Source: Podarcis cretensis (Eukaryota). From it: 64,000 bases of DNA. Location of the stretch: the NCBI GenBank assembly GCA_951804945.1, contig OX638164.1:5952001-6016000 (forward strand), given 5' to 3'. The notes under the pieces are model-generated. The model was not told the DNA's origin. It made no database searches and saw only the letters and a list, made by a program, of their open reading frames with translations. Shown here piece by piece: positions 13,392 to 25,859 of this stretch. The position numbers were made by a program, and so were the translations under genes. The first letter of the stretch is position 1, and every line of letters starts with the position of its first letter.

Positions 13392-13711
13392 CATGGGTAG
13401 ACAAACTAAGGCCCAGGGGCCACATCCGGCCCAATCGCCTTCTAAATCCAGCCTGTGGATGGTCCAGGAATCAGCATGTTTTACATGAGTAGAATGTGTC
13501 CTTTTATTTAAAATGCATCTCTGGGTTATTTGTGGGGCCTGCCTGGTGTTTTTACATGAGTAGAATGTGTGCTTTTATTTAAAATGCATCTCTGGGTTAT
13601 TTGTGGGGCATAGGAATTCGTTCATTGCCCCCCCAAAAAAAATAGTCTGCCCCCCCCAAGATCTGAGGGACAGTGGACCAGCCCCCTGCTGAAAAAGCTT
13701 GCTGACCCCTG
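13392..13711 (-). mobile_element. Non-autonomous hAT element
   Basis: CA(T)GGGTAG...GACCCCTG termini; 8-bp TSD ATCCAACT/ATCCAACC; internal tandem duplication of about 60 bp; same family as 30024-30270. Confidence 0.8.
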
Positions 13712-13777
13712 ATCCAACCTGTCCAGCAGAACCAACTTTTTCACCACACAGCACAAGAAGATAAGACAAGATGGCTA

Positions 13778-14050
<273 letters not shown>

Positions 14051-14149
14051 TTAACTTAGGTACATCATCCTGAACAAAAAGCACGGGCATAAACCAGGCC
14101 CACAGATACTCATTCCCCAAAGGGGTCCGGTGGCCTTGGTGGTGCAGAG

Positions 14150-14712
14150 TGCCTTCCATCAGCTTCAGCTAGTGGCCCAGCTGCGCCCCAATCTGGACAG
14201 GGATAGCCGCACTTCTGTCGCCTAGGCTCTGGTAACTTCTCAGTTAGATTACCTCAACGTGTTTATACATGGGGTTGCCTCTGAAGACGGTCCAGAAACA
14301 TCAGCCAATGCAGAATTTGGTGGCCAGGTTGCTCACCGAGACAAGACAGTTTGAGCCGGTCCTGGTCAAACTGCATTGGCATCCCCTTAGCTTCCTGGCC
14401 CAATTCAAAATGCTGGTTTTGACCTATAAAGCCTTAAATGGCTCAGGGCTGCAATACTTTGAGGACCGCCTTCATTATATATGTTTAGGTGCCAGGCGGA
14501 AATGGTCCTCTTCAATCAGGCCTTGGGCCATTTAACATATATCCTTTTAAATGTGTTTTTTTGAGGGGGGAGATTGGTATATTTTGTTCTGGTTTTATTA
14601 TGTATTTTGTTTTATCTTATATTTTAATGCTGTGAACTGCTCTGAGGTTTTTGGATGAAGGGAACTATACTACTACTATTACTACTACTACTACTACTAC
14701 TAATAATAATAA
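14150..14712 (+). mobile_element. L2-clade LINE 3' fragment
   Basis: The ORF 14269-14535 contains GLPLKTVQK..QN..ARLL...PVL..LHW.P....QFKMLVLTYKALNG; (TAC)n(TAA)n tail. Confidence 0.75.
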
Positions 14713-14714
14713 TA

Positions 14715-15041
14715 CAGTGGTGCCTCGCAAGACGAAATTAATCCGTTCCGTGAGGCTCTTCATATAGCGGTTTTTTCGTCTTGCGAAGCAAGCCCATTGA
14801 CAGTTTAGCGGATTAGCACTATTAGCGGTTTAGCGGCTTTTAGCGGATCAGCTGATAAGCGGCTTAGGGCTTAGGAAAGGGGGGGGGAGGGAAAAACCCC
14901 CGCAGGAACTCGCAAGACATTTTCGTCTTGCGAAGCAAGCCCATAGGGAAATTCGTTTTGCGAAGCGCCTCCAAAACGGAAAACCCTTTCGTCTAGCGGG
15001 TTTTCCGTCTTGCGAGGCGTTCGTCGTGCGGGGCACCACTG
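14715..15041 (-). mobile_element. MITE family A, copy 3
   Basis: Same TIRs and TA TSD; abuts a (TAC)n(TAA)n tract; near-identical reverse complement of copy 1. Confidence 0.9.
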
Positions 15042-15840
15042 TAATGGGGAAATTTTCTCAGCATAAAGCCCACATTCCCTTATTTCCAGAAGCTGCATTC
15101 CAGCAGTGGGCAGGGCCAGAGTCAAAAGCAAGGGAAAACATGGAAGTGACTATTCCCTGTATCCAGTGGGCCAGTTCCCACACATGTGGCCACATGTGCA
15201 CCATCAACTTAAGGCACTAGCATGTGACTCTAAAAAGCGATGGCTTCTGCCACCCCTAAATAATTCTGGGAAAGGCCATTTGTTAGGGGTGCTGAGAGTT
15301 GCTAGGAGACGCCTGTCCCCCTCACAGAGCTTCAATTCCAAGAATAAGGCTTGTTAAACCACACTATGGCTCCGGGAGGGGAACGGGGTGGGGGGGTCTC
15401 CTCACAGCTCTCAGGAAGGGGTCGCTTTTGAATGGTACAGCATCTGTTACGTGTGAGGAAGGCTCAAGGATCGGGTGAGACCTCCCCCCCCCCCGCCGCC
15501 TGAAACCCTAGAGAGCTGCTGCCAGTCAGTGTGGACAATATTGAGCTTTATGGACCAATGTTCTGACTTGATATAAGGCCACTTCCTACATTTCCCAACT
15601 CGTCTGAGACGCTGAGGATGCCTTTGGGGGGGTGGGGGAGGACACAACATATACACCACAAATATCACTGCACCACGAGGATTAAAGAAACAGCAGCACA
15701 ACGAACTGTGTACAACCAAAGTCAGCTCATGGTCAAATCCGTTTTTTGTTTGAGCCCACACATACACAGAAGGCATGCTTAAACTCAGAGATCCAATCAA
15801 GACTTTTCTAGACACCTCTCCTCTCCTCTCCTCTCCCCTA

Positions 15841-15898
15841 CACACACGCACCTACGCACGCACGCACGCACGCGCGCACACACACACACACACACACA
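15841..15898. repeat. Compound (CA)n/(CACG)n alternating purine-pyrimidine microsatellite
   Basis: Read directly. Confidence 0.9.
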
Positions 15899-16361
15899 GA
15901 GGACAGATTTTTGCAGCCCCTTCTCTCTCTCTCCCTCCCCCTTGCGAACCAAATGCACTCAGAGGAACAAAGGCAGGTCCCTCCCCTACACCCCTGAGCC
16001 ATTGGCCAGGGAACAGAGCCAAGAGTGCATCAACTGGCTGCAGCACGTGCCAATTGCCAGCTGGGGCTCGAAAAGCCCAGCTCCTAGGAGCAACCCTGGG
16101 TCTTGACACTGATTTTAAGCCCTTCGCTCCTTCTTGCAGCTCGTTCTTCTTCTCTGAATGCCCAGCTGCTGGGAATCACAAATGGGCAGATTCGCTGTTG
16201 CGTTCCTGACACGCTTGCGGACTTCGCACAGGCAACTGGGTGGCCGCTGACATGCTGGGCTTGGTGGGCTTTCGGTCCGATCCACCAAGGGCTCTTTTCT
16301 TAGGTTCTTATGATCCAGAATTAACAGCAATGTACAACCCCTATCAGTCCTGCCTAAACCC

Positions 16362-16402
<41 letters not shown>
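16362..16402. repeat. (TAT)n microsatellite
   Basis: Read directly. Confidence 0.95.
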
Positions 16403-16610
16403 GCAAGCATTTTATTTATTTAGCTATTATCTGCATCCCACTTTTCCTTCTGGGTAACAAAGCTGAAGGCAAGATCCTCAATAACCATGCAAGGCAGATG
16501 TCCATTTAAGGAGAACTTGACTGCACCCAAGTCCACCCCGTGAGTTCACGGTTAAAGTGGAGATTTGAGTCCAGCTCTTCCAGATCCAACTCTAAGGCTG
16601 CATTCACATG

Positions 16611-16616
16611 GAAGAA

Positions 16617-16651
<35 letters not shown>

Positions 16652-16910
16652 AGAAGAAGAAGAAGAAGAGGAGGAGTTTGGATTTGATATCCCGCCTTTC
16701 ACTCCCTTTAAGGAGTCTCAAAGCGGCTAACATTCTCCTTTCCCTTCCTCCCCCACAACAAACACTCTGTGAGGTGAGTGGGGCTGAGAGACTTCAAAGA
16801 AGTGTGACTGGCCCAAGGTCACCCAGCAGCTGCATGTGGAGGAGCGGAGACGCGAACCCGGTTCCCCAGATTACGAGTCCATCGCTCTTAACCACTACAC
16901 CACACTGGCT
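16611..16910 (-). mobile_element. MIR/Ther1-derived SINE (Squam3-like) with (CTT)n tail
   Basis: Minus-strand AGCCAGTGTGGTGTAGTGGTTAAGAGCG head, CORE-like GGGTGACCTTGGGCCAGTCAC, long (CTT)n tail, approximate TSD. Confidence 0.8.
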
Positions 16911-17243
16911 TATTCCACACGGAAGCTTATTCCGTTTCCCTTATTTAGTTCTGCATTATATTTGAGCTTTCAAACAACATAAAAGCTACTTCTTGAACTT
17001 TTAGTGGAATATAGTGCAAGTTCAGGGCTAATTTCAGTGTTATTTCTTCCCAGGAAAAGAAAAATCCATTTGTAAGTAATATGGAAATGGGTACGAAGCT
17101 TGCACTATAGATTCGGAAGTGGCTTTTGGCATCATGTGAAAGCTCAAATGCAATATGTAAATGAACAGTTAGGGAAATGACGATAAATAGAATGCCTGCA
17201 AAAAAAATAAATCAGGGTTTGGGCAAAAATGACAGGCACTGTA

Positions 17244-17469
17244 TAGTGGTACCTCAGGTTACATACGCTTCAGGTTACAGACTCCGCTAACCCAGAAATA
17301 GTGCTTCAGGTTAGGAACTTTGCTTCAGGATGAGAACAGAAATCGTGCTCTGGTGACGCAGTGGCAGCAGTAGGTCCCATTAGCTAAAGTGGTGCTTCAG
17401 GTTAAGAACAGTTTCAGGTTAAGAACAGACCTCCAGAACAAATTAAGTACTTAACCAGAGGTACCACTG
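17244..17469 (+). mobile_element. Tc1/mariner-superfamily MITE family B, copy 1
   Basis: (C/T)AGTGGTACCTC...GAGGTACCACTG termini, TA TSD, internal TTCAGGTTA repeats. Confidence 0.85.
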
Positions 17470-19247
17470 TACTGTACAGTGCAGTTAATTTAGGGTCATA
17501 AGAACCTAAGAAGAGCCCTGGTAGATCTGACCAAAGGCCCAGCATCACAGTGGCCAAATGGATGCCTTATAGTACTTTTCAGACCATTGGCCCACTATTG
17601 TCTACACGGACTGGCAGCAGCTCTCCAAGATTTTAGACAGGAAGTCTTTCCCAACTGTATCCCAAGATGTTGAGGACCGAACCCTATCACACACAAGAGG
17701 CTACGCCTCTTTCCTAATGTGACCTGCATTAAAAATGTTTTATTTTTTTAAAAAATAAAAGCTTCCTGCCCTATTAATCAGGAGCTCCTTTTTAGTCAGT
17801 TGAGAACATTTTGATCGATTCATCAGCTACACCTTGCAAACCTAAGCATGACTGCAGACTTCCCAACATGCAGTGTTCCCTCCCACCCAGTTCATTTATA
17901 CCCCATCTTCCTTCTGTGACCTGATCGCAGTGCCCCAAGACCTTGCTATGCCATTGGCCGCTGAAGGCTGCCATTTTTCTTTCCCAGGGTTCCCTGGTGC
18001 GACACTACACTGAGTGCGCCCCATGGCATTGTGGGGAATTTAAAATGGCACCTGGAGAGGCTGCCTCTGGAAAAACTTGCAGCCAGGTGAAGGGGAGGGG
18101 AGAATAACATGGAGGGGGCTACAAAAAGCAACCTGATATGTCCCTGATGCTATCTTATGTAGCCTGAAAAACCAGGAAAATGGGTGAGAGAAACAGACCC
18201 TAAAATGGCACACACAAACACACTCCGGTTCTGCTCTGCAAAACAATTAAGGGAGGAAATCTGAAATTTGACAGCCACGCTCTATTCTTTATGAGAACCG
18301 GGCATTTGCAATATATATTTCGGACATTCCCCTTGTTGTCACTAATTCAGTCCAGGCCTGTTTCCTGGCTACAACAAGCTGTAACCAATTTTGGCCATAC
18401 CCTGTTTTAACAAAGAGCTTACAGGGGGTTTGGGATAGAGGAAGGGAGAGACAAAGGCTGAAATGCTAACCCCACTTTACCTGAAGCCCCAATGAATTCA
18501 ACATGGTTTACTTCTAGGTAGGCACTTGGAAGGATTGCAGCCCAAGTAAGGAGAAAAGGGTACAATCTTATTAATGGATAGGAGCCCAGAGTTCTGCAAA
18601 GCGCTTAAAATGCACAAATGTTTCCTTTCAGGATATACACTGACAAAACGGGGCTATTAGGATATTCTGAGTTTTGTACTTAAATTTTTTCTTCATTTCC
18701 ACACATATCCAAGTTCAGGAACATTACCCAGCTTTCACGCTACTAACACAGGATCAAGGAAGGGGATAAATGACCATGAATTTCAAATAATGTACATTTT
18801 TTAAAGGGGGAAAAGAAGTGAAGGCAGAATGAGCAGTGAAACAGTTGTAATGAAGAATTAAGCCTGCAAAGGGGGGGGGGGTTAATTGTGGTGGGTGTAC
18901 AAGCTGACAATGCTACACACATTTAACCAGGAGTAAGTCCCACTGAAATAAGCAGGATTTTATTTTTATATCTCACCTTTCTTCCAAAGAGCTCAAGACA
19001 GCATATGTGATTCCCCCACTCCCCCAGGTAGGTTAGACTGAGAGATGCCGACTGGCCGAAAGTCACCCAGTGAAAACTTGGTGGCTGAGTAGGGATTTGA
19101 ACCCAGGATTCATGGGTCCTACTCTAACCACTACAACAAACTTGTGAGTGCCTTAGAAGAGCACCTCTGGAGTGTGACTGCAGGTGAATGGAGCTATGGA
19201 CTAAAAGCACAAGTAATCCAAAATAATGGAAATTAACTGAAGAGTTA

Positions 19248-19414
19248 TTGTATTTTTCCGTGTATCAGACTGTATTTCCCCCCCAAAATTTTAAAGTTTA
19301 AAATTAGGGGTCATTTTATACATGGAATCTTGCAATTAATTATTTCTTAATTTTGGGCTCAAAAAATAGGGGTCATCTCATACATGGGGGTGTCTTATAC
19401 ACGGAAAAATACGG
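19248..19414. mobile_element. Mariner-type MITE, degenerate
   Basis: TTGTATTTTTCCGTGTATCAGAC...GTCTTATACACGGAAAAATACGG with TA flanks. Confidence 0.7.
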
Positions 19415-20083
19415 TAACTTGAATAGACTCTTGTCGACCGCCCCAGTGCCTCTGCATTCATTGACCAGTCAGGCAGGAGGAAACCATTGGCTTTCTAAGC
19501 GATCATACAGCTCTCTGGATGTTGATGGGCTTAATGCCATCAGCCCCAGCCAACACATTCAAGGATGATGGGAGCTGGAGTCCAAAAACATCTGGACAGC
19601 CACAGGTTGCCCACCCCTGGCTGAAAGTTATATAAAACCACAGGTCAACAGTTCCATGTGAAGATGAGATTCTGCCTATTCACAGATATGAGCAATTACT
19701 TTGTAAGCGAGACCCAGTCAACACTTCCTCTATACACAAAGTCCCAGCTCTGGAGTCCAGTTCCATTCATGTGTTCACCCCAGAGATCAACAGGATTTGG
19801 CACCAAGCAAGCAGAAACAGAACTAAGGCCCATGCCAACATATACTCCCCATTTGGGCATCCTCCTCCCTACATGAGTGTTCATAAAACTGGGCCACAAT
19901 TCTGCAGGTGATTAATTTTGGAATAAGCCCCATTGGGGTTAGGCTCCCTCTGAGAAAGGGACTATAACTCAGTGGTTGAACATTTGCTCTGCATGCAAAG
20001 GTCTCAGGTTGGATCCCCAGCATCTCCGGGTAGCAGGGCTGGTAAATATTCCTGTCTGAAATCCTGGAGTGATGCCAACAATA

Positions 20084-20309
20084 CAGTGGTACCTTGGGTT
20101 ACGTACGCTTCAGGTTACAGACTCTGCTAACCCAGAAATAGTACCTCGGGTTAAGAACTTTGCTTCAGGATGAGAACAGAAATCAGGCTCTGGTGGTGCA
20201 GTAGCAGCGGGAGGCCCCATTAGCTAAAGTGGTGCTTCAGATTAAGAAAAGTTTCAGGTTAAGAACGGACCTCCAAAATGAATTAAGTACTTAACCCGAG
20301 GTACCACTG
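20084..20309 (+). mobile_element. MITE family B, copy 2
   Basis: Same termini and TA TSD; nested in a tRNA-derived SINE. Confidence 0.88.
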
Positions 20310-20323
20310 TAGTGAGCTAGGTG

Positions 20324-21012
20324 CCAGTGTTAGAAACAGGTAAATAAGCTAATTGCCAAATGGTTCCTTAAACCTGGGCTACAGTCAACACAATTAAATG
20401 TCTAGGCACCATGGGGGGGGGCAGTGAGATTTATTATTATTAGTTTCATTTCTATACTGCATTATAGTTTAAACAAAAAAAAAATCTTAAAGTGGTTTAC
20501 AACACATTAAAATATCAAATAAAACAATCCGGAATAAAACAAAGCCAAGCTTCAAGGAAAATATTTCAGATCCTTCTTTAACTGACATTTTGCTTTCCCC
20601 ATGTTTATTTACCTACTTAATTTATATAGCTGCTCCACAGCAGGAGGACTCTGGGAAGCCAGTGTTAAAGTGTTGGACTAGGACCCGGGAAATGAGGGTT
20701 CAAATCCCCACTCAAGTCATTAAGCTCACTCACTGGGTGACCCTGAGAGTCCATCACAGCCTCCTAACCTACCTCACAAGGTTGTTGTAGGGATTAACTG
20801 AGGAGGGGGTGGGTGACCCACTCTCTGGGGGGAAAGGTGGGATATAAATGCAGTAAATAAGCTCTTCTGCTTACTTGCTTAAGAAAGCTGGAGAAGCCAG
20901 CCAGAGGGAGATGTCAATTGCCAACCTGGCATCCAGAGATCTCCATGTAGTCACAACTGGACTCGTGCCATCAGCAAAATGTGCCTGGTGCCTGGCTAAT
21001 TTCGAACACTGG
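20324..21012. mobile_element. TIR element CCAGTGTT...AACACTGG carrying nested repeats
   Basis: Matching termini CCAGTGTTAGAAA / TTTCGAACACTGG interrupt a SINE whose halves rejoin; apparent 2-bp TG duplication. Confidence 0.55.
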
Positions 21013-21427
21013 TGGACCCCAATGGTCTAACTCAGCTTAAGGCAGCACCTGAATTCCTGTAGCCCCATGCAATGCAGTAGGACACATTTCCTAGGCAACA
21101 CACACAGGATCCGGCTACATGTCGGAATATTTATGTCACAACTTTTTTTTATTGGCAGGTCAGAAATTCAGACAACAATCTATTATCAATAATACTATTT
21201 TTTTTAACTAACCCCCCCCCCACACAATCCTATCCAATGCATGATGCATTAAAAAAAAATTAATCCAAATGCATCGCTTGTAACAGCAGCCCAAAATAAT
21301 ACTATCCAATTTATCCTGAGTCAGATTTAATCAGGATCTGTCTTCCCTTATGTGAACGCTACAGAAAGGAAGTAAAAACCTGGAGCTACTTTAATTCCAG
21401 GAAAGGAGGTCATGGAAGATGCTCCCC

Positions 21428-21430
<3 letters not shown>

Positions 21431-21469
<39 letters not shown>
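21431..21469. repeat. (AC)n microsatellite
   Basis: Read directly. Confidence 0.95.
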
Positions 21470-21471
<2 letters not shown>

Positions 21472-22390
21472 GGAGGGAGCCCCTCTGCCATTTTAAATCC
21501 ATTTAAGAGGGAGTAAGCTTCATTGAAAGCAAAACAATTAAATAACAGAATGAGTAACTCAGTGAGAGCTACCTCTGAAGTAGGCGTGAACAGGGGAGGA
21601 CTTTGAAGCTGTCACTATAACACTGTGTGGCACAACATCCAGGATCTTCCTGAATCTTGTAGGACTTACTTCCAAGGAGACCTGCACAGGCTTGCAAGAA
21701 AACGTGCTGCCATTCTGGAAATCCCACTGGATTCCACCAGGAAGATGACAGCCGGTTGCATCTAGTGTTATGTTCTATTTAGAGTCTAGCCACTGAAATC
21801 AAAGGGGCACGACTAAATCAGGTCTATGTCTTTCAATGGGCATTAGAATTTAGTTGGATACATCCTTAGACAACTCCAGAGGAGTTAATTCTGAGACGCT
21901 GCCCATAGGGGTGCGAGGCTTTTGCTCATTTACCTGAGAGGAAGCCCAATTCATAGAAGACAAACGCCTTCCTCCTGAGTAAACCTGCATCTATCCGGAG
22001 CTTCAGTTGCAATCCGAACCCTACTTACCCGGGAGTAAGCCCCATTGAACTCAAGCATGGCAGGGTTAGGACTGCGCTGTAAAGTGGGCAATCCGAACCT
22101 CACTTACCGGAGGAGAGGGAGCAAGCCCCACTGAATTCAGTAGGCCTTACTTCTGAACAAGTATCGTTAGGATTGCGCCGTTACTCCCGAGTAAACTCCG
22201 GCGCAAAGTCCAGCTGTCATCGTGCACCCATTTACTTGGCTGCAAATCAAGCCCCGCTGACTATATAAGGGGAAGCTGCGATGGGGGGTAAAGGTAAACA
22301 AACAAACGTGGGGAAGGGGGAGGTAAACAAACAAACAAACAAACAAGGCGGTGTGGGGTTTACAAGCAGCGAAGGGCAGCAGTAACTCAC

Positions 22391-22760
22391 GCAGCTTCTT
22401 CCACATGGCCCGGTGGCAGGCGAGGAAGCCCTTGCGGAGGGCGGCGCAGACGGCGGCCGGCTTGTGGGATCGGAAGCCCTTCTGCTTCTTGATGAAAGGC
22501 CACAGGTTCTCCCGGGCGAAATGGGCCGCCTCGCGCCCGCCGTGCCCATCGCAGACGGCGAAGAAGGCCACCGAGCGGTCGCCGCCGCCGCCGCCATCAT
22601 CCCCGCCTAATGCTCTGCCGCCGCCGCCGCCGCTCGCTGCGCCCATCCCCGACGCCGCCTCTGGCTCCGGCTCGACCAAGATGCGGGTGACGTCCTCCAT
22701 GTATTTCCTGCCGCCTTGGTCCGAGAAGAGGCTCACCCCCAGAGAGCAGGGACCCTCCAT
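22391..22760 (-). CDS. PPM1D: PPM1D (Wip1, PP2C-delta) coding exon 1
   Basis: [24 protein letters not shown]...[34 protein letters not shown]...AMWKKL matches the PPM1D N-terminus with the PP2C motifs RxxMED and DGHGG. ATG at 22760-22758, donor C|GTGAGT after 22391 (phase 1), 370 nt. Confidence 0.97.
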
Positions 22761-23043
22761 GCGGGGAGATCGGGCCGCCCCCTCTGCCTCCTCCCGACGG
22801 GAACCAGGCTGCGGCCGCCGCGGCCGCCCCCCCACCTCCTTCCTCCGCTTTATCCCTTCTTCTTCTTCTCCTCCTCCTTCCCTGCTCCCCTGAAAAGCCT
22901 AGAGATGATCCGCGCTCGGCTTCTTTCTTTTGATGCCCCCTCCTCTCCCCCCCCCCCCAAATCAATCAATCTCTCTCTCTCTCCCGGCCGGCGGTGACTT
23001 TATTGTTTATGACCGTCGGAGGAAGAGGAGGAGCCGCGGCGGC

Positions 23044-23063
23044 GGCGCTGTCCAGGCATGCCC
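23044..23063 (-). promoter_or_regulatory. Candidate p53 response element in the PPM1D leader
   Basis: The minus strand reads GGGCATGCCT (perfect RRRCWWGYYY) directly followed by GGACAGCGCC (imperfect half-site). PPM1D is an established p53 target. Confidence 0.7.
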
Positions 23064-25859
23064 TGTTCTGGTTCTCCCTCTCCCCGTCTCTAACCCTCCG
23101 CGCGGGCAGCTCGGAGCGCGATGTAGCAAAAGGCGGAACAATCGCCGCTTCCGATAGAACGCCGGGGAGGTTCGACGTTCCAAGGGAGGAGCGGGGGGCG
23201 CGCCTCGCGTGCACTAGCCTCCGCCTCCCCCGCCGAAAAGGGGAAACGAGGGGGGCGCGCGCAAAGGACAGATTTGCCAGTTCTCCCTGTTGCTCCTTCC
23301 TCCCACGCGCTGACAAACTCAAATCTTTTCATGTTGTGTTTTAAGGACCTCCTTGTAATCTAGGCAGAAGATGGAATGGGTTGGCGGTTACAGTGTTGTT
23401 AGTATTTTTAAATTAATATTTATTTGATCGTTGGATTTGTTAGTCGCTTTACCTTACTCCAAAGGCAGCGGAAAGCGAAGCAAAAATAACCCCATATTAA
23501 AACTTAGGGGAGGAAGATATGCGTTCCAAACACCCAGCACACTTCTCAAAAGTCCTACAGATAAAGGATAACCGAGGACCCTTGTCATAGAAGAAAGCTT
23601 TTGTCTGGCGTTGATTTTTATTTTTATTTTATCCGTTTTTACAGGACTCAGGAGTGCAAGTTATTGAATTCATAAACAAAACATCAACATTCCATTGTTA
23701 AAGAGTATCTTTTAATTCATATTATTATTTTTCTGTAATTAATATTTGTTATGATGGATTGAGGTATCATTATTAAAGCATGCTTTAATTCGTGTTATTA
23801 TTTTTCTTCTTCAGTCTATATTTGTTGTTATAATTCATGCATGCATTGTGCAAGAAGTGGCCTTTTTGGAAAACGTTATCCCAAGTTGTTCGAAACCATG
23901 TATATATTGTTTTATTCAATAAAGTTTTCTTTGACTTATTTTTTTAACAAAAACATGGTTTGATTCAGGTTAAAAGGTGTTTGTCTTTGATTTTTAAAAA
24001 TTATTTTAATGGCATAATGAATTCATATTCATGAAGCTTTCTTGGCAGGGTCTCTGCCTTTAACCTCTTACTTGTGCTGTGGTAACACAACATATAACAG
24101 AAATATTTAGAAATTTGAATTTTTAAAAATTGTAATCAAAACAATGGGGTAGGATCTAGACTTAGCCATATTTAAAGTACACATACTCATGATAACATCC
24201 CGACACTCTCACACACTAATTAGACTACAACAGGCTCCAGAAATTGTTAGTCTTATGACTGTCTTGGCCTTGTTACATACACAGTGGTTAGAATGATGGA
24301 TGGTGAGTAGCTGCAATATGTTTTATGTGCCTGTGACCCAGGGCCCTACCTTCCAGTTAAAATTATGATAATTAAGCTTTGATATAGTTGACAACAGTCT
24401 GCCCTGCTTGCGTTTAATTTCCCTCTGACCAGACTGCTTGCATTTTTTACTACTTTGTGTGTGTGTTTATATACCGGCTAATTAGGCATGGATAACACAC
24501 TCCATGCAGCTGATGATGTGGATACTATTTCATGAAAGCCTATTATGCCATAATAATATGTCATTCCCACTGAGCTCAGTCGGACTCCCTTCCCAGGGTC
24601 ATTAGGTATATGACTTCAGCCTCAGTCGTTAAGGTGTTACAAAACACTATGTTTCTTTATCTTTTTACCTGAGGCTCTGCAAATAACAGGTTTGACAGGT
24701 CTCTCTGTCCAACAGGGCTTGCAATCAAAAACTAGACAAAACACAGGAAGGTTTGTAACTTGGCATCTTACCTGGCTTTGTCACAACCAGAAACTTGCAA
24801 CAAGGTGTGTTGAAAAGCGACCTGAATATCTCAAAAGTGCTAGATACCTTTTTAATTTATTGAAATGTATATGCCACTTAATAAAAAAATATATATCCTA
24901 AGTGGTTTAATATTAAATGGTTCAAATTGTTCATTAAAAATAGCAATAAAAACAGACTTTTAAAAACTGGTGACATAATACAGTTAACAAAATATAGATA
25001 AAAATCGATTATTTTTTAAAACAATTGAACATAACAAGGTTTCACATCTGAGCAGGCTTGCCTAAATTAAAAAGTTTTAAGTAGGTGTCAAAAAACTAAA
25101 AAAAAGGTTCCTGCCTGGTAATAATAGGGCTGTAATGTTTAATCAGTTAGGTTGGTGATTTTTGCGACAGGGCAATATGAGGAGGAAAAAAGCTTAACTG
25201 ACTCAGAAGGTGCCCTTAATTAATTGGACAGCAGATTGTTGTTTAAATAAGTTAAGTCTTAATAAACGTGATCCTAAAAACTGTAAATGACAAACATTAT
25301 TTTATGAGAAGTATTCACTCATTTTTTTAAAAAAGTTTATAGTCTCTAGGTTTTGTAGAACCTGAGATATGGTCAGTTTTGTGTGTGAGAAACTAGTTAT
25401 TGGTATATGTATTACAATTGTGTATTTTACAAAGAATGAATTAAAAAGAGGCTAGTCAAATTTATGGAGAATGTGGCTGACCACAATGCCTATGTTCTCC
25501 ATGTGAGAACAGGATACTGGACTCAACAGATCCTGATCCAGTAGGGATTTTCTTATCTTGCAGACCTTTTTCTAGGACTTCTGTTCAGTCAATGAGAGTA
25601 ATCAGATGCTGGACTGAATGGTCCTTCGCAATTATGTTTTTATTAGTTATAATATTTTGGGATGGACCCTACACCTTCAGAGGCAGTCTACCTCTGAATA
25701 GCAGCTACTAGGGACAGACAACAGAGGCGGGCTACTGCCCTCAACTCCTGCTTATAACAAACATAAGGCTGGCGCTTCTTGGAAATATATCCGCCAGACA
25801 AAATGGATCGTTCCAGGAAGGCTAAGCAGGAAGGTCCATTGCTTACAAGGAAGCAAACC

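Larger units (their letters stand above)
22380..23320 (-). promoter_or_regulatory. PPM1D CpG island: promoter, 5'UTR and exon 1
   Basis: About 0.9 kb of very GC- and CpG-rich sequence covering exon 1 and upstream, bounded sharply by AT-rich DNA. Confidence 0.9.

Noticed and set aside
22761-22835. N-terminal extension of PPM1D in the ORF track (MGGRPRR...)
   Set aside because: It starts at a non-ATG codon in a GC-rich UTR; homology begins at ATG 22760.
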